Part shown: in pieces, positions 8,219-17,356 of the stretch
How positions within the stretch are numbered: position 1 is the stretch's first letter
How the letters are laid out: each line of letters begins with the position of its first letter
DNA from: an uncultured archaeon
GTDB lineage: Archaea > Asgardarchaeota > Heimdallarchaeia > Heimdallarchaeales > Kariarchaeaceae
Direction: 5' to 3'
Assembly: GCA_964645535.1 (NCBI GenBank)
Contig: CAZYCQ010000055.1
Coordinates: forward strand, 1 to 21,693
DNA length: 21,693 nucleotides
Made by a program: the position numbers and the translations under genes
Notes under the pieces: model-generated
Seen by the model: only the letters and a program-made list of their open reading frames with translations
Told to the model about the DNA's origin: nothing
The model's database searches: none

Positions 8219-8256
8219 TGCGCATAGCTACGCCTATACGCAAAAAAGGTGGACAC

Positions 8257-8544
8257 ATGTCTGACGATGTGGAACGGGCGGTGACACTCATCGCGGAAGG
8301 AAAACTCAAACGGATCACGGGATATGGAGTTGATCTGTGGCAGGTGACAGGATCCCATTGGGACTATCTTGTTGTCAATCCGGATTTCTGTACATGCGAA
8401 CATTTTATCATCCGTTGCACCAAGGAACCAGGAAGCGTATGTTATCATCTTCTTGCAGTAGGTATGGCAGATCGAGAGAAAGTGCCCGAAATACGATTAG
8501 AACTGGACGACGTAGTACATCTACTGTGGAAGACAGCTCCATGA
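8257..8544 (+). CDS. SWIM zinc-finger protein
   Basis: Y-x-V...FCTCEHF...CYHLLAV gives the CxC-xn-CxH SWIM motif. AGGTGG SD precedes ATG 8257; an alternative start at 8218 overlaps the csl4 stop. Confidence 0.8.
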   Translation: MSDDVERAVTLIAEGKLKRITGYGVDLWQVTGSHWDYLVVNPDFCTCEHFIIRCTKEPGSVCYHLLAVGMADREKVPEIRLELDDVVHLLWKTAP

Positions 8545-8582
8545 TCGCAATACTAAATAATATGGAAAGGAGATACACACTA

Positions 8583-8999
8583 ATGACTACGAAGAAGAAA
8601 GATTCCGCACCTTCAGCAAGCGACATAGATGTTCGGGAGATTGCAGAGTATCATAAGAAGGTAAAGGAAGCGTTCCCAGAGGGAATTCCTCTAGGAGTCA
8701 CTCTAGAGAATCTAAAAGTGAACTATCCCTCCCTTTACAAGGATTTAATGGATAGTGGAGGAGATGCAGATCCATTACGAGGCTATGTTCCTGGAGTTTA
8801 TGACTATCTTGCAAGGGCAAAGACGGTTGAAGAGTGCATCGAGATCATCGACTATCTTGAGAAAAAGGGAGAGATCGAACCAGAGCTTGCTGAAGAACTT
8901 CGCAAACAGGCGAATGAAGACGGAGCGGAAAGCTTCGGCACTCGTGAGCCGGGCTATTATGACAGTTTTATCCGAAGAAGATCTGGAAAATCGGATTAA
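8583..8999 (+). CDS. DUF2095 family protein
   Basis: 'LRGYVPGVYDYLARAKTVEECIEIIDYLEKKGEI..ELAEELR...SFG..EPGYY' matches the archaeal DUF2095 pattern. AGGAGA precedes ATG 8583; alternative starts are 8541 and 8562. Confidence 0.8.
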   Translation: MTTKKKDSAPSASDIDVREIAEYHKKVKEAFPEGIPLGVTLENLKVNYPSLYKDLMDSGGDADPLRGYVPGVYDYLARAKTVEECIEIIDYLEKKGEIEPELAEELRKQANEDGAESFGTREPGYYDSFIRRRSGKSD

Positions 9000-9101
9000 T
9001 CAAAATATTACACATGTGATCAATGCTTGACGATGGATAGCTGCTAGGGAAAAAACGGCCTCAAGAACTTCTATCAGGATGTTCCTTTCCTTGGAAATTT
9101 G

Positions 9102-10736
9102 TCAGGGGTGAGGTCTAGGAAGTTTGCGGGTTTTTTTCCTTGTCAACAGCATGGCCAAAGGAAGGATCAAGGGAGTTATCCGAGGATAGTCGTTTGTCAC
9201 CTCAGTTGACGAAAAATTCGAGCTTCTGTTTGAAATGACCAGCCGAGGATTACGAATACTTACGAGGTAGGCATCAAGAGTGTATCCATAAGAATCAAAC
9301 TTTCCGCTTGACATCCCGAAAATGATGGCATCACTATAGATATGAATAAAATTAATGCATTCCCCGAAACCATTCGAGATATCCAAGACCGATCGATAAA
9401 TTGGCATCCCCTCCTTGTCTGTAATTTGAAATGGGGCAAATTCTGGACAATATTCGATTGTCTGGGATGTTTTCCCCATGAAGAGAAACCCTTCCGTATC
9501 CTCTGCAACGGAAAAAAATGTTGATCCAACAAGTTCATGATACCCGATACGATTGATTTCTGTTCCATCCAAAGAGATCAAGGCCATACTTGGAATATTT
9601 GTAAAATATTGAAATCCATATTGATCGGTTTTAGGAAATTCAGTGGGTTCCGAATAAAAATAGGTCATATTGTAGTATGTATACAACTGCTCAAGTCGAT
9701 ATATGGCATCCCTTGAATATGGAATTAATAGTTTCTGACTGGAAGTTATAAAAATGGGAGCTCGAAGTTGCAAATCAGCATCTGTTTCATTGTCATGATC
9801 AATAAAATCCGCCCAAATAAGATTCCCTTCAGAATCAAATTTTGCAACAAAAGCATCCTGATCAAACTCGATAACTTCACGAGGAGGTTTAAACGGAAAA
9901 TCAAAATTGTCTGCAATGCCAACTGTATAGACATTGTTGTCTTGGTCTGTTGTCACTCCAAAAAATGTTTCTGCAAACATCCCTCCAAAAAATGTGCTCC
10001 AGTACAGGGTGCCATTTGTAGAAAATTTCATCATAAATCCATCCTCTTCATAGATGTTTATGGTATCTGTTGCATTTTTCAAAGGAAAATCCGAGGATGC
10101 AGTCCCCCCAACCAAGATTAAATCACCATTGAAATCAAGAGCGATATCCTTGAATATATCTAATGAACTGCCTCCGATAATATAAGACCAATCAACTGTC
10201 AGATCCCGTTTGAACTTAATTAAGACAACATTTCCATCATCATAAGGAAAGAAAACAGGGTCACCCAATAGGGTTGAGTTAGAAAATGAAGCAACTGATG
10301 AAATGTTCAGGGAGGTATATGCAGCAAGAATTATTTCATTTTCATGGGTAAGGACGATATCAGGACGTTGGAAATCAATTGGAATTCGTATAATCCAGTT
10401 AATTTCCCCATGTCTCGTAAGGTTGATGATAAACGTGTCAGGAGCCAGGCGTAACACATTAACATTATTGGGTAAACTATTGGAGTAGTCTGGCGCATTC
10501 GAAGTTTTCGGATCTTCTGAAGTGGTCTTCCCCAAAATGATCAGATTTCCTCTATTGTCGGAAAGAATTTGGGATATTCGATCATTTCCTTCGCCTCCGA
10601 TACGGGTGACATTGATGATCAAATCTTGAAGAGATGGAGAAGAAGAGATATTGACAACGCTGTAATTGGGTTCAACCTGTGCTTGGACAGAAGCAAGCAA
10701 CAATATGCAAACAGTTAGGAAAAGAAAGCGAACCAT
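9102..10736 (-). CDS. Secreted/cell-surface SBBP beta-propeller repeat protein
   Basis: GGTGA SD, then signal peptide MVRFLFLTVCILLLASVQA. Repeats IGGEGNDRISQILSDNRGNLIILG, IGGSSLDIFKDIALDFNGDLILVGGTASSDFP and FGGMFAETFFGVTTDQDNNVYTVG. Ser/Thr linker and a hydrophobic-plus-basic C-terminus. Confidence 0.85.
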   Translation of the reverse strand: MVRFLFLTVCILLLASVQAQVEPNYSVVNISSSPSLQDLIINVTRIGGEGNDRISQILSDNRGNLIILGKTTSEDPKTSNAPDYSNSLPNNVNVLRLAPDTFIINLTRHGEINWIIRIPIDFQRPDIVLTHENEIILAAYTSLNISSVASFSNSTLLGDPVFFPYDDGNVVLIKFKRDLTVDWSYIIGGSSLDIFKDIALDFNGDLILVGGTASSDFPLKNATDTINIYEEDGFMMKFSTNGTLYWSTFFGGMFAETFFGVTTDQDNNVYTVGIADNFDFPFKPPREVIEFDQDAFVAKFDSEGNLIWADFIDHDNETDADLQLRAPIFITSSQKLLIPYSRDAIYRLEQLYTYYNMTYFYSEPTEFPKTDQYGFQYFTNIPSMALISLDGTEINRIGYHELVGSTFFSVAEDTEGFLFMGKTSQTIEYCPEFAPFQITDKEGMPIYRSVLDISNGFGECINFIHIYSDAIIFGMSSGKFDSYGYTLDAYLVSIRNPRLVISNRSSNFSSTEVTNDYPRITPLILPLAMLLTRKKTRKLPRPHP

Positions 10737-10743
10737 GTAACAT

Positions 10744-11997
10744 TCACCAAGGGGTAAAACAGTACCCAGGATTATTTCCAGCATGGTATGCTTCTGTTGA
10801 AGCCTTAATAAGGCTAATCCATCCCCAGCCAATATCTTTATCAAATGTTGTACGGCTTGAAGATAATTTGAGGATCTGCAAAATTTTCTCTTTGGTGGGA
10901 AGGGAAATATAACCGCAAGCATCCTGGAGGCCTTTCGCAAAACGGTCCATGATTATTGCAATTGTTGCCGCAAAATAGGGGGCACTGAAGCTTGTACCCT
11001 GTGGGGCAACCCATTCAATTTCCGAGGTGCTGTAGATTAATCTCGGAGACGGCACCATGTTTCCGGGCATAACAAAATCTACAGAATCAGCGGACCAGCT
11101 GGCACTTCCCCATGAAGACCCACTATTGCATGCCTCACTCCTTACTCCAGAACAAAATATACTTCTTTCACCAGGATACCTATTTTCAGAATGATCAACC
11201 GAACCGATGGCATACCATTCCAAATACAATTGAGGATAGAAGTGCTTTCTTCGTGTTAGATAATACCAATTATATTCATGATTGAAATTTCCAGTTGGTG
11301 AGATTAAGAGAATCCCTGCATTATGGAGAGCAACTATTTTTTCATGTTGAGCAAAACTATTTCTATACACAGCAGACATGGAAATGATATTTATACCATA
11401 TTTTTTGTGGTTTGCCAACAGCCAATCCCAAATTTTTGTATTTCCATCAAAAGGTTTCTCAAATCCTTGTGTATCCTCAGAGTTTGTTTTCATGTCAATA
11501 AAGACAACCTTGATATGCCTATAAATTGTTGCCAATGCAAAGACCATAGCAAACCCATGTTGAACTTCAAAAGATTGGGGAGGATCAGGAATAGGATTAT
11601 CAAGACCTTTTTTCCCGTATTCTTCCAAATTTCCTGTTTCTTTATTTTTGGTCACATATCTTACAATATCCGCTCTTGCATAGGGATTTTGTTCAAGAAA
11701 TTCCCATTGTGCCTTCACCAATCCATCATCAATTACCGCAATGGTAATATCCGCGACATGAGTTTTTGATTTGGGATTGTAATCATCGCAGTCTATAAAG
11801 GTAAAAGCGGGATGAAGGCAATCCCCAATTTGGGAATCTGGGTCAAAATCAGCAGGTAAGAAAGTGAAGCTTTCTATTGCAAGCTCTGAAACTTCGTTAT
11901 CTATTGGAAAAGCAAAAGAAGGAAGTTTATAGGAAATACTTGTGCTGAGTAGCATAATAATGAGAAAATATTTCAGAAAGGATTTTGCCAGCCCCAT
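10744..11997 (-). CDS. Secreted S8 family (subtilisin-like) serine peptidase
   Basis: Signal peptide; catalytic triad motifs IAVIDDG (Asp), HG (His) and QGTSFSAP (Ser); oxyanion SPTGN; C-terminal GWG. Confidence 0.88.
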   Translation of the reverse strand: MGLAKSFLKYFLIIMLLSTSISYKLPSFAFPIDNEVSELAIESFTFLPADFDPDSQIGDCLHPAFTFIDCDDYNPKSKTHVADITIAVIDDGLVKAQWEFLEQNPYARADIVRYVTKNKETGNLEEYGKKGLDNPIPDPPQSFEVQHGFAMVFALATIYRHIKVVFIDMKTNSEDTQGFEKPFDGNTKIWDWLLANHKKYGINIISMSAVYRNSFAQHEKIVALHNAGILLISPTGNFNHEYNWYYLTRRKHFYPQLYLEWYAIGSVDHSENRYPGERSIFCSGVRSEACNSGSSWGSASWSADSVDFVMPGNMVPSPRLIYSTSEIEWVAPQGTSFSAPYFAATIAIIMDRFAKGLQDACGYISLPTKEKILQILKLSSSRTTFDKDIGWGWISLIKASTEAYHAGNNPGYCFTPW

Positions 11998-12220
11998 AAA
12001 TCAAAAAAAAAAACGAATATAATAATTTTTTGCGAGTGAGAAGTATTAATATAAAATGATGCCTTGAAAAGTTGTGGATTATTTTTACGCCGGAATAGGA
12101 GATAAAAAAGCATAACGCGACCTACCTTAATTCTTTTAATAAAAAAATCCAGCAATATGATAGAGATTAAGCAATCTGTCTGAAAGGAGAGATTGACCCT
12201 TAATCGAGGTGGTAAAGAAA

Positions 12221-12682
12221 ATGGAAAATTTCGACGCATCGAATTTCCGCCATCTGGTTCGTATCTACAGTACGGACCTTCCTGGCGATGAGGTCATAGC
12301 TCTCGCCTTGACGAGAATCAAGGGCATCTCTCGGCGGACATCAATCAGCTTGCTTCGAGCGGTTGGTATTCCTGAGAGTACGAGAGTTGGATTTTTGACA
12401 AATGATCAAGTTGAGAGGATTGAAGAGGCATTAGCCGATCCTTTGGCAGCAGGTTTGCCAGAATGGATGTTGAATCGGCGGAATGATCCCGAGACTGGAG
12501 AAAGCACAATGCTCTTGGAATCAGAGTTATTGCTTCAAAGGAAGACCGACATTGATAGGATGATCAGGAAAAGGTCATGGAGAGGCGTTCGCCATTCCCG
12601 AGGCTTGAAAGTACGTGGTCAGCGCACCAAATCCACAGGACGCAAATCCGGATCCCTTGGTGTGTCAAGGAAGAAGAAGTGA
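12221..12682 (+). CDS. rps13: 30S ribosomal protein uS13
   Basis: ALTRIKGI, PEWMLNRR.D..TG and SWRGVRH..GLKVRGQRTKSTGR. GAGGTGG SD 8 nt before ATG 12221. Confidence 0.97.
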   Translation: MENFDASNFRHLVRIYSTDLPGDEVIALALTRIKGISRRTSISLLRAVGIPESTRVGFLTNDQVERIEEALADPLAAGLPEWMLNRRNDPETGESTMLLESELLLQRKTDIDRMIRKRSWRGVRHSRGLKVRGQRTKSTGRKSGSLGVSRKKK

Positions 12683-12694
12683 GGTTGATCAAGT

Positions 12695-13258
12695 ATGGGT
12701 GATCCTAGAAGAAGCCGTAAGAAGTATCATACACCCGGTCATCCCTATCAGAAGGCAAGACTCGAAAGTGAGTTGGTCTTGATGGGTAAATACGGGTTGC
12801 GAAACAAAAGGGAAATCTGGAGGGCAAGAACCAAACTTGGAACATACCGAAAACAGGCTAGAGAATTGCTTGCACTTGATCCAGAGGAACGGGAGATACG
12901 AGGGAAGATCATTCTGGACAAGCTGGTCAGGCTTGGCATCCTAAGTGAGGGAGCCACAACTGATGACATCCTTGCATTGGATGTCGAGGATTTTCTGAAA
13001 CGGAGGTTGCAGACACGCGTTTATGAACTGGGGCTTGCAAAGACAATCTATCAAGCAAGACAGATGATTGTGCATCGTCATATAATGTATGATGGACATA
13101 TCATCAATGCTCCAAGTTTTCTTGTTCCAAAAGATAAGGAGAACACAATCCAGTATGCGCCAGATTCCCCATTCAATGACCCGAATCATCCAATGGCAGT
13201 TGTTGGACATATGCGAGCCGAAGAGGAGCCAATGGAAGAAAGAGGTGAACTAAGGTGA
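12695..13258 (+). CDS. rps4: 30S ribosomal protein uS4
   Basis: [26 protein letters not shown] and RRLQT...[18 protein letters not shown]. Confidence 0.97.
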   Translation: MGDPRRSRKKYHTPGHPYQKARLESELVLMGKYGLRNKREIWRARTKLGTYRKQARELLALDPEEREIRGKIILDKLVRLGILSEGATTDDILALDVEDFLKRRLQTRVYELGLAKTIYQARQMIVHRHIMYDGHIINAPSFLVPKDKENTIQYAPDSPFNDPNHPMAVVGHMRAEEEPMEERGELR

Positions 13259-13698
13259 GTGAAGAACCCAAACCTGAAGAGAAAACTGTTACACAGCCGA
13301 CTAAGAAGAAGACTACTCCGAAATTCGGGATTGCACACATCTTCTCCTCATATAACGACACATTTGTGCACATCACGGACATCACGGGTGCAGAGACCAT
13401 TTCCCTTAAGAGTGGAGGACAATTCGTCAAGGCGGATCGGCAGGAATCCACACCTTTTGCAGCAATGAGGGCAGCATATGCTGCAGCTGCTGAAGCGATA
13501 AGCAAGGGATACACTGGAGTGCATGTGAGAATCAGGGCACCGGGAGGTCACAAGAGCAGGACTCCCGGTCCAGGAGTTCAAGCCGCGCTTCGTGCACTAA
13601 CCCGTGCCAACCTCAGAATCGGAAGGATTGACGAAGTCACGCCACTTCCTCATGACAGTACCCGTAGAAAAGGTGGAAGGAGAGGCAGAAGACAATAG
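13255..13698 (+). CDS. rps11: 30S ribosomal protein uS11
   Basis: [31 protein letters not shown] and C-terminal GGRRGRR. GTGA overlap with rps4. Confidence 0.97.
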   Translation: MSEEPKPEEKTVTQPTKKKTTPKFGIAHIFSSYNDTFVHITDITGAETISLKSGGQFVKADRQESTPFAAMRAAYAAAAEAISKGYTGVHVRIRAPGGHKSRTPGPGVQAALRALTRANLRIGRIDEVTPLPHDSTRRKGGRRGRRQ

Positions 13699-13783
13699 AT
13701 TGCATTATTGGAAAAAACACTGTCCCAGAAAATTCAGAATCATTACACCATCTTTTTTAGCAGAAAACAAAAATTCGAACTAA

Positions 13784-14938
13784 ATGTTTTATGACGATTA
13801 TACCCAATTTTTGGCAATTCCTGGACCGGTAGCCATGCATCCCCGTGTATATGAGGCTATGAACAGGCCACTGTATGGACACAGGACGGATCATTTTCGA
13901 CAGGTCTATGTAGATTGTGTGGAGAAATTCAAGCCGACTATCAATACAGAGCAAGAGGCCTATTTTCTTGCTGGATCTGGATCTCTCGGTCTTCATGCGG
14001 CCATCACCAACTTAGTGAAACCGGGTGACATGGTAGTCAATCTTGTCAATGGGAAATTTGGGGAACGGGTGGAGCAGATTACCTCCCGGTTCACAGATAA
14101 CCACCATACAGTTAAAGTGGATTATGGGCAAGCAATCAAGCCAGAAATGGTTAAGGAAGCATTGGAGAACAACCCAGAAACCACATTGGTGACGATAACG
14201 CATAATGAGACCTCAACAGGAGTACTGAATCCCCTTCCAGAGATTTCAAAGATTGTGCATGATCATGGAGCCTTATTGATGGCCGATTGCATCACCTCAG
14301 CTGGAGGAGATCTAGTGGAGATGGACAAATGGCAGATCGATTTCTTTGTTTCAGGAAGTCAAAAATGCTATGGAGTACCTCCAGGATTGGCATTTGTTGC
14401 ATTTAGTGAGGCGGCGGCAGAGAAGATGAGGGAAGTTCCACGAGGACAAGATTTCTATTCAGATCTGCTGATGTACCGTGAAAAACTAAGCAAGGCACCC
14501 GACACGCCATTCACACCAGCAGTAAGCTTGATGTATGGATTGCAGGCCAGTCTTGATCTTATCCATGAGGAAGGGATGGAAAACCGAATCAAAAGACATC
14601 GTCTTATGGGGAAGGCGTATCGCAATGCCTTAGAAGCCTTAGGGATAGAGCTATTCGCGGAAGAAGGGTATCGAAGCAATACAGTCACTTCAGCAGTGAT
14701 ACCAAAGAATCCGAAAGAGTTCATCGATGCCTGTAAAAGATTCGGCATTCTCGTGGCAGGCGGGCAAGGTAGTTTGAAAGGAAAGATATGGAGGGTGGGG
14801 CACATGAACACCGTCGGGCCAAGGGAGATCCTGATGATCACAAGTGTAGTTGAACTGGCATTGAAGCAGTCAGGAGCGGACATTGAGTTGGGCAAAGGAG
14901 TTCAGGCAGCTCTAGAGACATTGAACAAAGCTTATTAA
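13784..14938 (+). CDS. Class V PLP-dependent aminotransferase (alanine-glyoxylate/serine-pyruvate or archaeal phosphoserine aminotransferase family)
   Basis: IPGPV, GHRT, NGKFG, HNETSTG, SGSQKC (PLP Lys), TPFTP and RVGHMN. Confidence 0.92.
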   Translation: MFYDDYTQFLAIPGPVAMHPRVYEAMNRPLYGHRTDHFRQVYVDCVEKFKPTINTEQEAYFLAGSGSLGLHAAITNLVKPGDMVVNLVNGKFGERVEQITSRFTDNHHTVKVDYGQAIKPEMVKEALENNPETTLVTITHNETSTGVLNPLPEISKIVHDHGALLMADCITSAGGDLVEMDKWQIDFFVSGSQKCYGVPPGLAFVAFSEAAAEKMREVPRGQDFYSDLLMYREKLSKAPDTPFTPAVSLMYGLQASLDLIHEEGMENRIKRHRLMGKAYRNALEALGIELFAEEGYRSNTVTSAVIPKNPKEFIDACKRFGILVAGGQGSLKGKIWRVGHMNTVGPREILMITSVVELALKQSGADIELGKGVQAALETLNKAY

Positions 14939-14980
14939 CCGAATTCAAGCCATTAGGGTATCAGATAGAGGATTTTGTAC

Positions 14981-16045
14981 ATGAAAATTTGGTTTGAGGC
15001 ACTCACAGGAAAACAGGCATTGTTATTCCACTATATGGCAGCCCATTTTGAGAAATTAGGTCATCAAACCGTCTTTACTACCCGGAGTTATGATTATGTA
15101 GAAAGTAATTTAAGACGGTTAGGAAGAACCAAGTTCTATTCAATAGGAACATATGGGGGTGCCTCTCTCAAGGACAAATTGATTTCCGGAACACAGAGGA
15201 TACTGAAACTTGCGGAGATCATGGATCGGGAAAAGCCAGATCTTCTGATCACGCTGGCATCACCAGATGCAACCAGAACCGCGTTTGGATTGGCCATTCC
15301 AGTCATTCAGATCAATGATACTCCGCATGCCAAGGCAGTGGCTCGCCTGACGCTAGCTATTTCAGAGGCCTTGGTGCATCCAGAGGCAATTGATTCGAGT
15401 GCCTTCAGAGGATATGGTGCGTCTAAGATCTATACCTACAAGGGGGTTGACGAAGTACTCTGGATCAAGGATTTTGTACCAGATGTATCTGTTCTCGATA
15501 AGATCGGGATTGAACCCTATTCATACATCGTGGTTCGATGCGAAGAAAGCAAGGCGGCATACTTCCGAGAGATGTATCCTGAGATTCCCGCAGGAAGTAC
15601 CATTGTGGTGGACATCATCAGGAAGATCAAGGAAAGAGGGATGAACCATAAGATCGTTGCTTTTCCAAGATATGAAGAGCAACAGGAACTGCTTCAGGAC
15701 TTTCCAAATGTGATCATTCCCGATGAATCAGTGGACACCCTTTCTGTGCTGTATTATGCAAGTGCAGCCATGACCGGAGGTGGAACAATGGGGCGGGAAG
15801 GGGCAATGTTGGGGACACCTACTTTATACACCTTTCCAAGGGAATTGGAAGTCTCTACCTACGTTATCCAGCGAGGGTTCCCATTAATCCATTTTCCGGA
15901 TCATCTTGGAGCTGTGGACAAACTGATTGAATTGGCAAGGACACCGCGTCTAGATGAAAAGAAACGTAAGGAAATGCTAGCTAATTTTGAAACCCCATTG
16001 GATGGTATAATAAGGGCAATGGAGAATTTGGAATTGAATCTATGA
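14981..16045 (+). CDS. DUF354 family predicted GT-B glycosyltransferase
   Basis: MKIWFEALTGKQALLF N-terminus, DTPHA, GVDE and 'GGGTMGREGAMLGTP' nucleotide-sugar motif. GAGGA SD. Confidence 0.85.
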   Translation: MKIWFEALTGKQALLFHYMAAHFEKLGHQTVFTTRSYDYVESNLRRLGRTKFYSIGTYGGASLKDKLISGTQRILKLAEIMDREKPDLLITLASPDATRTAFGLAIPVIQINDTPHAKAVARLTLAISEALVHPEAIDSSAFRGYGASKIYTYKGVDEVLWIKDFVPDVSVLDKIGIEPYSYIVVRCEESKAAYFREMYPEIPAGSTIVVDIIRKIKERGMNHKIVAFPRYEEQQELLQDFPNVIIPDESVDTLSVLYYASAAMTGGGTMGREGAMLGTPTLYTFPRELEVSTYVIQRGFPLIHFPDHLGAVDKLIELARTPRLDEKKRKEMLANFETPLDGIIRAMENLELNL

Positions 16046-17058
16046 ACCTCAACATAATCTACATTTCTGGATTTTTAACAACCCTGCTTCTTTCGTTGAT
16101 ACTCACACCCTTGGTGGCAAACCTGATGCGGAAGATCGGAAAGGTGGGAAAGGACATTCATAAACCAGATCTTCCGGAGGTTCCGGAATCGGTGGGGTTA
16201 GGGTATATCCTTGTCTTTTTTGGAGCAATCGTTGCGGGCTATTTTCTTGCTCCAGAAGAACTGGCAAGAGAAAGGCTGGGAATTTTTGCACTTGTTCTAT
16301 CTCTTGTGGTGTTAGTCGGTCTTTATGACGATTTCAAAACCCTTTCAGCAGTCATGAAACCGGGTATCCTTGTGGTAATCTCCCTCCCCATAGTTATCTT
16401 CCAAGTGGCAGATCCAAAACCGGTTCTTCCCTTCATTGGACCTGTCCGTATTACGTTGGTTTATTGGATTGTAGCGACTTTTGTAGTGGCCATTACCAGC
16501 AACGCCTCCAATATGCTTGATGTGCTTAACGGATCGATGAGCGGTACATCAATCATGATTGCCATAACCGCATTTATAACCAGTTATATTGTCCCCCTTG
16601 ACAGCACCAGCCAGTTTGTAGCAAGGTATGGCTCATTGACACTTGCAGGAGCATTGATTGGCTTTTGGTGGTTCAATCGCTATCCTGCAAAGGTTTTTGC
16701 AGGAGACACTGGAAGCCTTGGAACCGGAGCAGCAATAGGATTGATTGCCATCTATGGAAAGCTTGAATTTGTATTGATAGTGGCACTTTTGGTTCATATC
16801 ATGAACAGTTTTTCCATAATCACGTCCATAGGAGGGTTGCGAGAACGACGTGAAATCAAGGCACGTCCGGTATCAGTCAAGAACGGAGTAATCCATCCGT
16901 CAACAGACAAGAAAGCACCAATAACCTTGGTTCGCCTCTTGGTGGCAGCCAAACCAAAGACAGAGCAAGACATTGTCAAGGACATATATCTATTGGTGCT
17001 TTATACATGCATATTGGCCATTATCACGGCCTTCCTGATCAGAGGTGTTTCTCCATGA
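16042..17058 (+). CDS. aglH: UDP-GlcNAc:dolichyl-phosphate GlcNAc-1-phosphate transferase (AglH/ALG7/DPAGT1-like, MraY/WecA/GPT superfamily)
   Basis: Multi-TM protein with GKDIHKP..PE..G, GLYDD, SNASNMLDVLNG and FNRYPAKVFAGDTG. ATGA overlap with DUF354. Confidence 0.85.
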   Translation: MNLNIIYISGFLTTLLLSLILTPLVANLMRKIGKVGKDIHKPDLPEVPESVGLGYILVFFGAIVAGYFLAPEELARERLGIFALVLSLVVLVGLYDDFKTLSAVMKPGILVVISLPIVIFQVADPKPVLPFIGPVRITLVYWIVATFVVAITSNASNMLDVLNGSMSGTSIMIAITAFITSYIVPLDSTSQFVARYGSLTLAGALIGFWWFNRYPAKVFAGDTGSLGTGAAIGLIAIYGKLEFVLIVALLVHIMNSFSIITSIGGLRERREIKARPVSVKNGVIHPSTDKKAPITLVRLLVAAKPKTEQDIVKDIYLLVLYTCILAIITAFLIRGVSP

Positions 17059-17312
17059 TATCAAGAATACGGAATCTCAGCTCAATCAATAGCATCCTTT
17101 CCAGTGTATGGCTGATGCTTTTGGGTCTTTGTGGGATCATCGGGGCAATGATTGTGGACATCAATATCACAGGGTCGTATTTTGCGATTGTCACTGCAGG
17201 AGTTCTTAAAGTGGCAGCGTCCTTCCTTCTAATCCTCATCTGGTTAGCCATCTGGATACATCTCATGAACATGACATTAGCCCATGAATTAGACAAGAAT
17301 CCAGAACTTTGA
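17055..17312 (+). CDS. Small (85 aa) two-TM membrane protein
   Basis: ATGA overlap with the aglH stop and a GAGGTG SD upstream; two hydrophobic helices. Confidence 0.7.
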   Translation: MISRIRNLSSINSILSSVWLMLLGLCGIIGAMIVDINITGSYFAIVTAGVLKVAASFLLILIWLAIWIHLMNMTLAHELDKNPEL

Positions 17313-17356
17313 TTCCCTACACAAATTTTTTCAAGAAAGGAAAGATGGTCATTCTG

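Noticed and set aside
10737-10940. N-terminal extension of the SBBP ORF given in the ORF track
   Set aside because: It overlaps the subtilase C-terminus; the SD and signal peptide indicate a start at 10736.
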